Below, in pieces: positions 1 to 13,345 of a DNA stretch of 64,000 nucleotides (its first letter is position 1; the number at the start of each line of letters is the position of its first letter). The stretch spans positions 496,001-560,000 of the forward strand of contig NW_026250423.1 in assembly GCF_024521635.1 (NCBI RefSeq). Direction: 5' to 3'. The notes under the pieces were generated by a model. The model saw only the letters and a program-made list of their open reading frames with translations. It was not told where the DNA came from and made no database searches. The position numbers and the translations under genes are program-made. This DNA is from Tricharina praecox. Taxonomy: Eukaryota.

Positions 1-1399
1 CAGGGGCTGGTAGAGTAGTTACACCGTAACGGGGGGTGAGGATTGGGATGGCGGTTGAGCGTGCCAGGGGCTGCTGTGGACCTGCGGCCGCGTGTTCTCG
101 GAGTGGGCTCATGTTGCCTCATGTCGCCTCACTCGGCGTGGACCGGGGAGGGCCCGAAACTGGCAGGACCGTATGTGACCCACCCCACCCCCTGGTGGAC
201 TCGGTGCCTTTCAGTCTACGACAACCGTACGTACCGTGCTCTTGCTACTGCGCCACCCAATTTCGGCGTTGGGCGATAGCATTGGCATTGGCATTGTCTT
301 TCGGCGTTGGGCGATGGGCGATGGCATTGGAATTGGCATTGGCATTCGCCACACCTGCTTGCCTTGTGTTTAGCAGCCGTTCGTGAATGCATGTATCCGA
401 GCGGGAGATGAGTGGGAGACGTCGATCGAGCCGCGTTATCGAATCACTATTAACCCAGCCGCTTTGGGACACACATAGCTGTTATGTACTGAAGTCCATA
501 TCATAAATATATGCGACCGCGAGCACACACACACGCAGCCTCCGTAGATTACCATGATCCCCCGCCCCAGCCCACTATGTACTGTTCATCGCTCTGTGTT
601 GGACCGTTTTCGGCCATGACAGCATTAATGAACCCAACTCTGTGCTATACCTCAGCCTTATACCGTCGGCCCATGATCTCCATGTTTGGTAATGTCCACC
701 GCGTTGATCTGCTTCGACAGCTGGGGGGAAAGGGAGGGAAGGGGGCTCGCGGCCGTCAATTTGAAATGGAAACGCGATCTCCACGATCACGGGAGGGGGT
801 GTATGTTCGATGGAGCTGGAGCTGAACGTGAGTACTCGGCTTTTGACTGGTGTGGCCGCAGACCTCTCCGCCACACCTTGGGTCTGCAGCCGCAGCCGGA
901 CCGGTACGGAGACTTTAATTCACGCTGTGGCTCGTGGCCGGTGGGTTCGCGTTCGTCGCAGGAGCAGTGTCGTGATTCGTGGCGGGCAGCAGGATGGGAA
1001 GGAGAGACCCGCCGAGTACGTACCTCTTCTTCGGTGACGTGACTTGACGTGACTGGAGTGCAGCATGCAGTCCGTCCCGGAAAAACCTGAGATGAAGTCC
1101 TGGGGGAGTTACCAGAGCGGAAGGACGGCGGTCGAATTGCGGAGGCGGCTTACGAGTCTAATCACGAATGATCACCGTCAATCAATCAATCAAGCCATAT
1201 AACAGCACCGAATAGCTGTGTAGGTATATACCTCCGAGATGATCCAATCACATGACCCGAATCACCGATATCACAACCGCGCTGGATAGATTACAATTTA
1301 CGTCGAACGTGATGTAAATCCTCCAGACACGTAAGCGTAGCCCCCACATCTCCACACTTGTGAGTCTCGCGAGGGCTCCAATCACCGCAAAGATCCCAT

Positions 1400-2420
1400 C
1401 TGCCGGTCATCAGCGCTGACGAGATGGACGGTCTGCTTACGTGCCATCCTCACAGCACAGGATCGGACTGGACCGACCATACCTGCAAAATCCCTCGTTT
1501 GGGCCCACCAAGAGCTGCGTACTTGGGGAAATGTACATCTTTGCTCCGCACCGCTCAGCCGTGAGGCGAAATATTGAGTCCATGTACTTCTGGAGAAGAT
1601 TTGTCGCTGAGCGTGTTGACGAGATTGATTGGCGCGGGGTCATATGTACTTGTGTATGTACCTCGTGATGCCCAGTTTTCATTTCCCAAAGTCATCAAGC
1701 TACGATCCAAGTGATACGCAACACGCACTCGGCTTGAATATACATCCATGGCTTCTCCGAGTCCCCACTCGACATCTTCGCCTCGTGATGCTCGCCTCGT
1801 TGGGGCACCCTTAGGCATCCCATCTCTGCCAGCATGAACAGGTGAATATGACCAAAGAATTCACAAAGGAAAGTTCGCACTCGCACTATCCCTCCTAATT
1901 CCTTGCACGCGATGACCCGCAGGTCTCCACCCTCCATTGGGAACCTGGGGAAGCACCATGTACATATTTTCGCCACAGCCCTACCACGTTACTAGTGAGA
2001 TATCATGCTCCATGATCATGCGCAGGCGGCTCATCAACGTCTCATACCCGGATCTCTGCAGTGAGGTTGCACACCGAGCCGTACCCCGCAGAACCCAATT
2101 ACCCCGCAAAAATTCCCCAGAATCCACGGCTGACGGATGACTTGACCACACGGTAAATACCTAGCAGAAAGTTGAAACTTGGCTGCCTCAACGTTCATCT
2201 TTTACAGGATCATCATCCGAATGGATATTCCGCCCTTCCTCCTTCTGATACGGCTGGCCCGAACCAGAACCAGAGCCAGAGCCAGAGCCAGAGCCAGAAC
2301 CAGAACCAGAACGAAAAACCGGCCCGAGCCCGAGCCCGAGGTCATAATCGAACGCCTCCAAGAGAAGCTCAGCGCCGCCAGAAGAGACGCCAATGTATGG
2401 AGGAAAAAATATGATTGATA
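1400..2420 (+). pseudogene. Possible degenerate gene relic of unknown family
   Basis: Short protein-like + strand ORF pieces (RRNIESMYFWRRFVAERVDEIDWRGVI; IIERLQEKLSAARRDANVWRKKYD) broken by stops and frame changes; GTATGT donor-like site near 1653. No family recognised. Confidence 0.2.
2261..2310. repeat. Hexanucleotide microsatellite (GAACCA/GAGCCA)n
   Basis: About 8 tandem hexamer units read directly. Confidence 0.85.
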
Positions 2421-2953
2421 GTTGCACTTCCCCACTCTAAATCTTAAACCAGGAAACCCGATAATATAACCCAAAAAACTCGCGGACACTGGGCGGACTC
2501 CAAAGGCTACTGACTTAGATGCCTGGCCCCTAGATATCTGGCCCCTGGGCCTGGGCCTGTGGGTGGTCGACTACCTACAATATGCTGGCGACGTATGTGT
2601 AGCCTGGCGTTCGACCCAGGAGGCGGGGGAGATGCTCTTATGGTTTCGGCCTGCACGCAGCTGGCGGGAAAATCTCGTGTGCTTCTGGTCGACATCGGTA
2701 CTCAACGTGTTGTTTTGAATGTTGGGGATTATCGATCAACTCACGCTATGTGGAGCTCCGTGGCCGCAGTTCGTCCATTGCTGAGTCGGACCTGCAGGTC
2801 ACCACAGCTTAAACTTTACAACTTTAAAACAATTTTTATTGCGGAAGAAAAGTTCCCCCACGTGGCCAAGTTGCCACACTCGGCGGAGAGAAAGTATGTA
2901 ATCACATCACCGTTCCCACCATGGCCTTGATGCCCACACACCAAATCTAGTCC

Positions 2954-3550
2954 TTAACCCTCTCTCTCCCCAAACCTCACCTTCTCCCCCAGTGCCGCCC
3001 TAACCAGTGCCTCGAAAACGTCCGCCATCCCTTCCTCGTTGAGCGCCGAGCACTCGACATACTCCGTTGCGCCAATCTTCTTCGCGTACCTCTCAGCCTC
3101 CCAGGGGATGACCTCATCGGTCCTCTCGGCGAGTGTCTCCCCCGGGCCACGGAGATCCGCCTTGGTACCGACCAGCACGATGGGCTTATTATAGTCCTTC
3201 GCGAAGACAGCATATCTAAACACGGCGTCCTCGAGGGTGGACTTATCGACGACCGAGAAGACGATGACGACGACGTCGCTGGTCTGCGTGCGCAGGGGGA
3301 TGAAGCGGTCGCTGGTGTTAGGCCCCGTGCCGACGTCGACGTACGTGATCGCCGGAAGATGTGGGTGTGTCACGGGCGGATCCGCAACGAACACTTGATC
3401 CAGAGTTGGCGCGTAGAATGAACTGAAGATGTTGAAGAGGTGCGATGTCAGCAGCACGCTCTTGCCGCAGCGGCTGCTGCCGATGAAGGTTGCGACGAGG
3501 TGTCGCTGCGCCTGTAGCTGTTGCTGTGGCGTGAGCTTTTTGGGTGCCAT
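2954..3550 (-). CDS. Divergent Rho-family small GTPase, 198 aa, intronless
   Basis: G1 GSSRCGKS, effector-loop YAPT, altered G3 DVGTG, G4 LVGTKADLR, G5 YVECSAL, and AKKIGA..Y.ECSA...EG...VFE pattern typical of Rho/Rac/Cdc42. No C-terminal CAAX. Confidence 0.88.
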   Translation of the reverse strand: MAPKKLTPQQQLQAQRHLVATFIGSSRCGKSVLLTSHLFNIFSSFYAPTLDQVFVADPPVTHPHLPAITYVDVGTGPNTSDRFIPLRTQTSDVVVIVFSVVDKSTLEDAVFRYAVFAKDYNKPIVLVGTKADLRGPGETLAERTDEVIPWEAERYAKKIGATEYVECSALNEEGMADVFEALVRAALGEKVRFGEREG

Positions 3551-5306
3551 GGTGTGTTTCGAAGGTCGTCGGTGATGTGGCGGTTAAAGTGGCTGGTTGA
3601 TGTATCGCTTGGTGAGGAGGGTACCGTTTAAGAAGGAGAAGATACGCTCGAAGGACGAAGCGCCGTTGAAGGGCGTTAGGTTTTGAAGACAGATTCTTGT
3701 GAGTAGGCTAGCCGAGTGAGCCGGCGTGATAGCACGCTAGTTACCTTGAATATCCGAAGTCACTATGCCTCACTCGCGTGCTTTCAATTATCCAGCCGTT
3801 CACTCCGTCCCCGATGTTTCACACAGGCTACCCTCGCAGATTGGGAGGCTCATAGGCAAGTTTCGGGAGGCATCATAACCTAGGCATCATGGGTTTCCCC
3901 GTAAACAAGCCCCCGTTTTGCCTTGCCGTAACCTTCCATACGGCCGCCCCCTACCACCGCACCTACTTCGCTGCAAATCGCACCTTCATCTCTCGCGTAG
4001 AATGGTTCAAGTGTCCACCCCCACTCCTCTCGGGCCACTCGGTCATTCCAGCCACAGAATTGTCCCCCATGATCCATCACACGCCATAGAAGAACCACCC
4101 GTAACGCCCACGACTCCACGAGTCCCCTGCCGAGGGCTGGTACAGCGAAGTTATGCGAAGGGCGACGTGGGAGAAACGAGTTGTTGGCGCATTCGTCGTG
4201 AAGAGGTTCGCGGAAGACCGTTCTGCGGTGTATATATGTGCATAGAAGATGAGTTCTAGAAGAGAAAATAGTCAGTCATGTACACACTCGGTAAAGCCAT
4301 GCTCGATAAACCACGGCCACCAACTACATCACCACCTTCTCCACACCCTCCTTCCAACGAACCTCAACACGAAATGATGCCCCACAGGGCCCCACCCCCG
4401 ACAATGTCCAAGTCCTCATCCACCCACCCACCAGCCCGTCTGCGCCACTGGCCAGCCTCCTCCGAATCTCCACTCCCATGAGCCTACCCTCCTCTCCAGC
4501 TCCCCCTCCCGCTCCCGCCTCCGCCAGATTCCGAAGACCACTTCCCAGGTGCACAAACCTCGACATGACGCGCACCAACCAGCATATACCACCCCACTCG
4601 AACATCGTATTCTCCCCGAGGTACCGTGGCCGCGCAGGGAGGGAGGGAGGGAGGAGGTACTGTGGCCGCGCGAGGAGAAGAAGCGGAGGTACCTAGTTGC
4701 CAAAGCCTGTGGGTGTTAGCTCGAGCAGGGACAGTTGAGGGAGGGAGGGAGGGAGGCGGACCGCCGTAGACGAATACCTAGTAATAGCAATGACGGCTTG
4801 GAAGGCGTGGAAGCCTTTCGGGCATGGTGGAGGAGGCGGGGGAAGCGAGGAGCTCTGATATTCCGTTGGGACTGGCGAGGAAACGGCGGTGGATTTCCCT
4901 GGTAGTGTGTAGGGCGGCGGCGAGCGCGGGACTGCTGGGGAGCGCTGGAGGTGTGTATGTGTCGATGCCATGATGTTGCCATATTATACCTAGTTGTGGC
5001 TTTTGTGCATGGGTGATTAATTATCGATGGTGAAAACGACGATCTACCCAATAGCAGCTATCTTTGCGCCTTGTCCCTTACGGACAATGTTACTCGGCGT
5101 GACCTCCGGACTCTGGAGGCGAAAAGCTGAAGATTTCACTCAGCTAGTTCACGGGACAATGCTCTGCACGCAGGCCACAGAAGTCATCTTAAATTCCCAA
5201 GAAGCAAACGCAAAGTATTCCTAAAAAGACACATGAGGACACCACACTCCAGTGGTCCTCAAACAAATCAATCGCACTCTCTAAAGAGACACAAGGAAAC
5301 TACTCT

Positions 5307-8174
5307 CTAGTAGTTCTTTACAACCCTCGCAGTGGCCCAGGCGTAGCGGTATGCCCTCTGATACCAGTTGACACTGTGGATTCTCAGTTAATATTCACTG
5401 ATGGTGTGGTTAAGGAAAACTTACAAGCTTCTCCTTCCAGCAATGCGGGGATGAGTGGCCCAGCTACCTCCCAGAACGACATTGTGTTTGCCGTCAAAGA
5501 AGTCGGCTGTACACACCCCGTCAGAAGAAGCACGAGATTCAGAAGGAAGAAGGATATACCAGTATACTCAGGATAGGACTTTTCGGGGCGGAATCCCTCG
5601 TGCGGCTCCAAGACCGTCGAGGTCCACTCCCAAGCTCCACCAGTTTCGCCGCGGCCCAGGAGTTTCCCGCCGGAAGAACGGACAGATGTCGGCTGCCACT
5701 GTTTAAAACCAATGTTCTTGCCCGTCATCGCAGCATACAACGAGTTCCGATCTTCAATCAAGCCGGGAGGCGATTCGCACACACCGTTGTGAACAAGATG
5801 CCTGCAAAACGGTTAGTGTTTCCATTCCGACCTCAAAAATGGTACTTATTTACCCATTGACTGCGTCAATTTTCCTCGATTCTTTTTTCTCGATGACCTT
5901 GGTAGCATCCAACTCTGCATGATAGTATATGGCACGAACTTCATCTGCGGTAGGAATTCGAGCATTCATCCAAAGGGCACATCCCTCAAGCTCATCGTAA
6001 GAAGCCATGACAGGCCAGTCCAAGGCAAGCTTCAGAGGAACTAGGCCAAAGACAGATTTGATGTGGACAGTTTCCATAAGGTCTGCGATACTGTTGTTTT
6101 TTCCCGATTCCTCGCCACTCCTAGCCCAGGAAACCGGAATAGTTTCGATCGATTTTGCCGCCAGATAGCCAGCATATTCTTCGTTAGTGATAGGAAACGC
6201 GCGAGCATGGAACGCAGCAACTTTGACGTCCTTTCGCACCGGCTTTTCGTTATCCCAGCCGAAGAAATGAGCTTTAGAGTTTTCTGGCTCCTCTAGGTCA
6301 TTTATTCCGACCTCCAACGTGGTATCTGGGATTTTAACCCAGGCGTCCCCCTTGGTGGCATCCAGTCTCCGCTCCCAGGTTCTACCCGAGTGGAAGTCTG
6401 GAATGATCGCACCAGGCGGCGGAAGAGTTGCATCCGACTGAACAAGCATGTAAAGCAGAGTTTCCAGGTGCATAGCCTCGTGTTCAAATCCGAGCCAAAG
6501 CGCCCTCTGCACCACCATCGGTTGGTGTCCCGCCGAGTTGTCTTTGTACAACCCTTCTATACGCTCTCGAACCCAGGACTGATATTCAAGGATTTCCTCC
6601 AGTTCCGGCCACGAATTCGGGACTTCGCTATGCGAATGGCATTGGTCGGGGTTCTCCACGTCTGGGTCGATACCGCGCTGGAAAATGCGCTGGTAGTCAA
6701 GTGGTTCAGTTGGGTCCTTTCCCGTGGAACGGGAGATCAGGGAATCCAAGAACGTTGGAATATGTCCCAAGTAGAAGATGCATGGGTTCCTCAGATCGAT
6801 TGGCTTTGACAGAAGTTTCTCGTTAGGTATCATTCCCAGCGTCACCGCAGTCCAGGAGGCCCATAACTGGCGCCACTCCGTCATAGTAGGCACTGGTTCT
6901 GGAGCATACTCCTCCGGCGTAGAGCCGAAAATGAAGGCAGGCTTCTGCAACATGTGAAGAACTAGGAAACGCACAATTAGTTGAAATACAAATCAAGAAG
7001 AGAAGTTCAACAAACAGTAGTCTCCCTTCTCATTCGCCCACTGTGCGCCCTCAATCACTCTGGCCTCTTCCCATAGGATCCGAGAGTCCTTGTCGTCAAA
7101 CTTGTAACTGTACTCCACGTTTATCTTTTCGCCCTTTTTCACGCAGACGCCCTTCAACTTCCCCTGGAAAATGATGTCCACCTTCGGCGAATAGAAAGCT
7201 TGGTGACGTCCGTGCTCGGCGTTCCATTCGCCAATATACTCCCACTCGTCGAGTTTGAAGTACTCGTCGCCAAGGACGCCATTGGCATTGGCCAATCCGC
7301 ACATGATGAAACGCTCCGTGAGTCCCTGAGGATCGTTGTAGGCCTTGTACACCTTGTCGCCTTCCTTGCAGCCGTCGAGTCCCACCAGCATATAATCCGG
7401 CTTTCCGGGCCTCAATGCGTCGCTCGTAAAGGATTTCAAGAATTCGGCAGCAGCCGTCCGCTCAAAGTTGCCAGCAGAAGAACCCAGCCAAAGAATGCAA
7501 CGCTAGACTCGTCAACTAAAAATCCGTACTTACGATATACGGAGAGAGTACTTACGGGTCGGTCTCTAACCTCCTCCGCGCTCTTGAGCCAAGCCCGGCC
7601 ATCCTCGTAGGTGCCATGGAGCCCGTGATATTTCACATTCTCGAGATCCTCGGGCACCATATCCAACGTCCGCTGGAGCTCCGAGCGATCGAGATCGAGT
7701 GCGTAGTAGTCAATCTTCTTGCCAAGCTCATTCAAAGCATTCAAGAAGATATTGACCTTCCTCAGGTTGCTTCTTTCCGTCAGCATTGGTTATTCTCCGC
7801 CAAGAAGAGGATGTAGCCTGAAATACGCACCCGCTTCCTAGCTCAACTATGATACTGCCGTCCTGCACCCTCTCCGCCATGGCCGTCGCGTTTTTCTCGA
7901 GAATAGCGATCTCGGTGTTCGTCGGGTAGTATTCCTCCAGGTACGTAATGCTCTCGAAGAGCTTGAGCCCTTCGGCACTGTATAAAAGGAGAGTTGGTAA
8001 AGTCTTCTCTCCTTGGGCCTTGCCCACAAGGCCCTTAATTATCTCGCCTTCGAGAGAGATGGAGAGCTTCTCCCGACGGATATCGAGGATCCTCGCGGCG
8101 GAGTCATGTACATTGTCATCGGCCGTCTCACCATCGAGGGCGGTATTGCCATGATGCAATTGAAGGGGAGACAT
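5307..8174 (-). CDS. egt1: Ergothioneine biosynthesis protein 1 (histidine methyltransferase fused to DinB_2/FGE-sulfatase sulfoxide synthase), ~847 aa
   Basis: Exons 8174-7831, 7769-7556, 7502-7016, 6961-5854, 5801-5560, 5506-5425, 5373-5307 with GT-AG introns join in frame (2544 nt). Motifs: LPTLLLY...GLKLFESITYLEEYY, ELGSGNLRKV, LWLGSSAGNF, FYLGHIPTF, iron-binding HEAMH, FGWDNEKP, GGAWEWTS, DFFDGKHNVVLGGSWATHPRIAGRRSFVNWYQR. Confidence 0.95.
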
Positions 8175-9657
8175 AGTTTATTATCCACGGGGTAGGTGAG
8201 AGATGGAGATGGGGATGGGGGTTGAAAAAGAGTTTGTGATTGTTTTTATAAAGGTATGAGTTGCGAACAAGAACAGATGATGAATTGAAGATGAATTGTG
8301 TGTGTGGAGGGATGAGTTGTGAACAAGAACGGATGGTGAGTGAAGAAGAAGTATGTGTGTAGAGGAATGGGTAGACGGGAAGTACTGAGCTGGATCTTGA
8401 GTTGTTATGATCGGCCGAAATGCAGGTCAACACATATGGTATAGCGACGTCATCCATACCTCGCGCTCCGCGCATCGAAACAGTCCCGAGCTGGCTCCCT
8501 TCCCGCACCTGCAATTGAATGCTTCCACGAAAGTCTTAAACCGTCGATGTGCAGGCTGCAACAAAGTTCCATATTCACCCACCAGGCCACAAATGTGTTG
8601 GGATCAGTGTATGAAGCACGAAGTGTTTATGCGATCCTCACGTAAAATCAATGGGCCGAGAAGGGCCGTGGATTTGTCAGGCATCGGCGGACTTTAGAAA
8701 CCCAAAAATAGCCGTCATTAGTGACCGGACATCTCGTACATAGAGTTGTAGTTAGTGATCGGTTGAAGAGATCGTGCGTGAGTTCATGCGGAGCTTATGC
8801 AGCTGTGAGAAATCCACCCCACCGAAGCGGAAGTGTCCGCTGAGCGATGGGTGGAGAACCCGGCTCCGGACGGGTTTCGCGGGCTGGTTGCGGATTGCCA
8901 TTGATTAGCGTAGTCACGCCACCCTCAAGAGCCCCACATCATCCGGATTGGAAATCTCAAGCTGGAACTGTAGGCTGGTGTGAATTTCTCCAGCTTTGGC
9001 CAGCGGATTCCTTCCGCAATTGAAGCTTTCTCAGATATCGGGAGTTGGTCACCGAAGCTTGGCATGCTGCCGCAGAGCCGCAAGCTATCGTGGTCCAAGG
9101 GTAAATACTCTACTCCCAACTTTCCTTCAATGAAGTTCCATCCTCACGACGATTCAACATCAATGGCCACTTCTCTCACAACACACAGTTTCATTGATCC
9201 AATCCTCGGCAGATTGTTTCTTCCGGGAGTCACTTCCATGAGTGCCGATTAAACCTGGAGTATGCTACACCGGTACTTTACCTTGTCTCGCTCCTGAGCA
9301 GACGTACAACTACGACCTCCTACTGCCGTCAATCTACGGTGCTCCACTTCTCTCCTCCACCATCACCCTTCTAATCAAACAAAACTCTGCGGTAAGTTGC
9401 TGTCCCTCTACCACCGCTCGCACTAGGAGCTGTGCGTTGCTTCGAGGTTCATATCTAACTCACGTAGATAGAGATTACAATTCATCTTCATCCTCTTCGC
9501 CGTATTGACGATGGTTGTGACCCAGTCGACTCCGCTGAGCCGAGCCGAGCCGGAAACCAGCGTCTCAATACCACCAGCTTCGGCGAGAATACTGGGACCT
9601 TCGTCTGCTCTACGATGTTTGCGAGTCTGTGTGAGTGGATGTCGTCAAGAGCAACTA

Positions 9658-10111
9658 CCATGACAAAAGGATTGGACAGGGCCCGTTTTACACCAAAAAT
9701 GCCCATTTTCATACAACCTAAACCTACCCTCCACCTGGTCGGAAAAAATCATCTCTTTCATAGAAGCGTTAGAATCACAAGATTCTTCATCAACAAAAAC
9801 TTTGACGACTTTCATCAGGGATTGGGGCTGTATGATGTTGTATTGTGCAGGAGTTGAAAAGTGACATTAGATTTTGTATGGGGCTCCCATACAAAACGCT
9901 ACCTGGCAACCATTAACTTTCCCCCCGTATGGTATTGCTCAACGCCAACAATTCAAAACTTCGCGCGGAGCTCTGATATCGTTGTCTGTGTAGTTATAGA
10001 GGTCTCTCAACGGTCTCTGATTTTTTTCGATACGATCGAGTGGTTGTATAAGTAGTTGAAAATGGCCATTTTTGGTGTAAAACGGGCTCTGTCCAATCCT
10101 TTTTGTCCTAG
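9658..10111. mobile_element. MITE / non-autonomous TIR DNA transposon, probably Tc1/mariner-type
   Basis: ~50 bp terminal inverted repeats: left GACAAAAGGATTGGACAGGGCCCGTTTTACACCAAAAATGCCCATTTTC; right reverse complement GACAAAAAGGATTGGACAGAGCCCGTTTTACACCAAAAATGGCCATTTTC. TA dinucleotides at 9656-9657 and 10112-10113. AT-rich non-coding interior. Confidence 0.8.
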
Positions 10112-11489
10112 TATTGTAACTGAAACGAGGCTTCGATTCGTCCATGGCGCACAGCCGTCTAAACATTAAAGACTCGTGTTTTCTCACGATGATTAGAAAC
10201 GAAGATATCTACCGACGTACTTGGCTACGCGTGGTCATACCTCAAGTTGTGGTCATAGCTCGATTTTAACCGTCAATAAGCGGTGGACGTGAAGATCACG
10301 CGCTTGCGGCTTTCTGCGAGTCACAGTCTTTCCTCGTAATTAAAATTGTCATACCGATGTTCGTATGTAATCCCGAGTCTCTGCATACAAAACTTGTGGG
10401 GGTATAATGCACTCAATCGTGAAGATCCCCGCTTCCCGCCGGCGGCGCCAGGGTCAATCACGTTGCGAGCTTTCTCACATGGCTCTCCACGGCTATGTAG
10501 TGAGACACTCTTAACCACGGTACTGCCCCATTGATATATATCCACAGCGTATTGTTGAATTGTATCTAAGCGGAACAACGTAACCTCCGAAAATGAAAGG
10601 CTCCCTTCCCAGCTATGTCTCTAGGAAACGCTGCCATAATTCCCAACACGGCAACAACAGCTCTAACTCGGTAAGCTCACGTGCTTAACTGCCTTCTGGG
10701 TATGCACATATGCTGCGTATCACCACTACCAGTCGTTGAGCTGCGCACGACCGACCGATACGAAGGTCCCGCCTCACATCGCCAATGGCGGGGATATCCA
10801 CTCCAATTGCATCTCGTTTCGCTGGAGGGACTCGGGAGGGTTCCTGAATGCAATCTCCTGCCAGGTACGTCAGCGGCAAGGCCGCAACCGTTGGATATCG
10901 ACCAGCCGGCCATATCCAACAAGGAACGAAGCTTTTGCCGGATCCGGGGGAAGGAGGGATTGGTGATCTAAATGAGCCCGTCAGTTCTCGTCTGAAACGA
11001 CAGTCGTTTCATTCGGATAGCTGCTTACCCGCTGACTGTAGTCGGCTTAGGTCTCGCCGTCCGGGGCTGCTCCTCCTCCTCCGAGCGGCCGGCTGTTATT
11101 AGTAGCCATACGGACTGGTCACGATGAGAATACTTGGAGGATTTCCCGCCGGTTCTCTACGGTTGTCTGCCGGAAGTAGGTACCTATGATGGTTTTGAGG
11201 GTGCGTATGTAGGAGCTTCGTCCAAGGGACGATGATGAGGACTCCAGGCCGGGCTTGCAGCCAAAATATGGCTTCCACGTCGACGACTCTGTGGCTAGAT
11301 GGGTATTCCAAATATCAGCCGTTACCGCCGTCTCACAGGTTCGGATCGTGGGTAGGTATGTACTTGGGTATTTAGGTTGGTATATATGTCCGCCTCCGAA
11401 TCACATTTATCGCAAAACCATTGTGGCGGAGTGATGGAGGAGCTGTCGGCGAGAGGAGGAAGTGAAGGATGACTCAGGCTGCCGGCGTC

Positions 11490-11700
11490 GGAAACAAATG
11501 TGGTTAGGAGTGGTGGGCATCAACGTTGGTGGGACTCAACATTGGCGGGCATGGCGGGGTCTTCTTCTTCTTCTTTCTTGATCATCATCCATCGAATAGA
11601 CGGCCAACCCCCCATTTCCGCTCTCTCCTTTGTGTGTGCTCCCTTTCTCGGCACACCTGCCGGCCTGGAGAGGCATTGGCGAAAGAGCCCTCGAAAAACC
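11490..11700 (+). repeat. Dispersed repeat, inverted copy at ~44200-44395
   Basis: Shared blocks GCATGGCGGG..TCTT..TTCTTTCTTGATCATC..GAATAGACG.CCAACC..TGTGCTC..GCCGGC..ATTGGC.AAAGAGCC between this stretch and the reverse complement of 44200-44395. Confidence 0.75.
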
Positions 11701-13230
11701 CCATCTCCGCTCTCTCGTCATGTCTGTCAGCCTGAAGAGGCATTGACAAAGGGTCCTCGCAAAACCATCATAAAGTCTCCCAATACCTAGAACCCATGGG
11801 AAAGCGAGACAACCTCAATCGATAGCTGCCACGCCGGCTCGGGATCACTTATTCACGTGTACGCAAGATACGGGCCACCACCGCGCCGAGAGTCGGGAGT
11901 CAGGAGGATGGCCGTTCGAGTATGCATCTCTCCACGGTAAAAAATAAAAAAAGCAGCGACGTCGATGCGGATGCGGATGCGGAGTGGACGGCCCCGTGCA
12001 ATACCACTAGATGAAAGAGCGCTGGAGCTGACCTCCAAATTCTATCCGAACAGGCCGAACAGTCCACCAGCAAATCCACCGAGGCGCACGAGGCAGCCGA
12101 GAGCCGACACGAAATCCCAGATCAATATGCCTTCCCGGGCGATCCCATAACCGTGATACGGTAATTCAGGTACATATGATGTACTCTCTGTTGTGCATTG
12201 CGGGGGAACCTATTCACTCCTGTCATGTATGCATACCATCTACTGTTTCAATAACTACTATAGGTATATCATCCCATCCTATCCAACCAGCCCATAATCA
12301 ATCAATCCGCAACGACACATGACACATGTCAGCTATCTATCTACACACAACGCTCACAACGCTCGGAGAATCTACAGGGACAGGCACAGACACATGCAAC
12401 GATGCAACGATGCAAACTCCGAGATCGGCATTCGGCATCGTCTGCTGTGGTGCTGTGGTGCTGTGGTGCTCCACTGCGGATCACTCGACGCACGACGTCG
12501 ACCCTCGGTACCGGTCGCGATCCCGTCACGATCCCGTCATGATCAGCAGGATCCGGGAGAAAACATGCGGTATGTACATGATTCGTTTCACTTCATTTCA
12601 CTTCAATTCATTTCAGTGAAGCGTATCGCGAGAGGCGGGATTTTTTTCTTACTTTCGTTCTTCTCACTGCCAGATTGCACAATCGATAGGTTCGGGTTCG
12701 TGTTCCCCGTGGGTACATAGCACACAGCTGAAACGCGACGGTCCCCGCCCCCCTACAGCCAATCTTGCCGATGCGCCAATCCCAACGGCCCCCCCTCCCC
12801 CTCCCCCCCGGCACCCGGATCCGGCACGAGTATCCGCATCCGCGGCCGACTCTACACTATTGACGCGACGCGGAATTCCTTGTCTCGGCCGGTGCGGTGA
12901 GTCGCCGAAACCTGAATGGAGGTTTACTTGGGGGATCCGGCGAGCTAATGGCGGCTGTGCAGTGTGCCCCTCCGACTCCGATTAGATGTCTCAGCTCAGG
13001 TGGGTCCTGGGGTAGGTGCTCTAGGTACGATCGGAAATCTACCACTCTATGATACTTGTGTATCAGCCCAGCTATTTACCGGTATGATACATGCAAGCAC
13101 GGACCCCGCCCCTTCGATCCCGATGGTCCATCAACATCGACATCGACCCGGAGACTGGAGTCGACTCGTGCCAACACAGCAGGGCACGTGGGATGTGTAA
13201 TCCTTTTTTGCTCCCGCAAAATAGGCTGCG

Positions 13231-13345
13231 AGGAAGGAAGGAAGAAAGGAAGGAAGGGAGGAAGACTGGAAAGAAGAAAGGAAGGAAGAAGGGAAGGAAG
13301 AAGCGAAGGAAGAAGGGAAGGAAGGAAGGAAGGAAGGAAGGAAGG
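13231..13345. repeat. Imperfect (GAAG)n polypurine microsatellite
   Basis: Read directly. Confidence 0.9.

Noticed and set aside
4324..5051. Overlapping short ORFs between the Rho-like gene and egt1
   Set aside because: All three minus-strand frames contain stops and no domain is recognisable; cannot support a gene call.
10925..10960. SPGSGKS P-loop-like peptide on the minus strand
   Set aside because: Lacks the first Gly and preceding hydrophobic strand of a Walker A, with no Walker B nearby; probably chance within a degenerate region.
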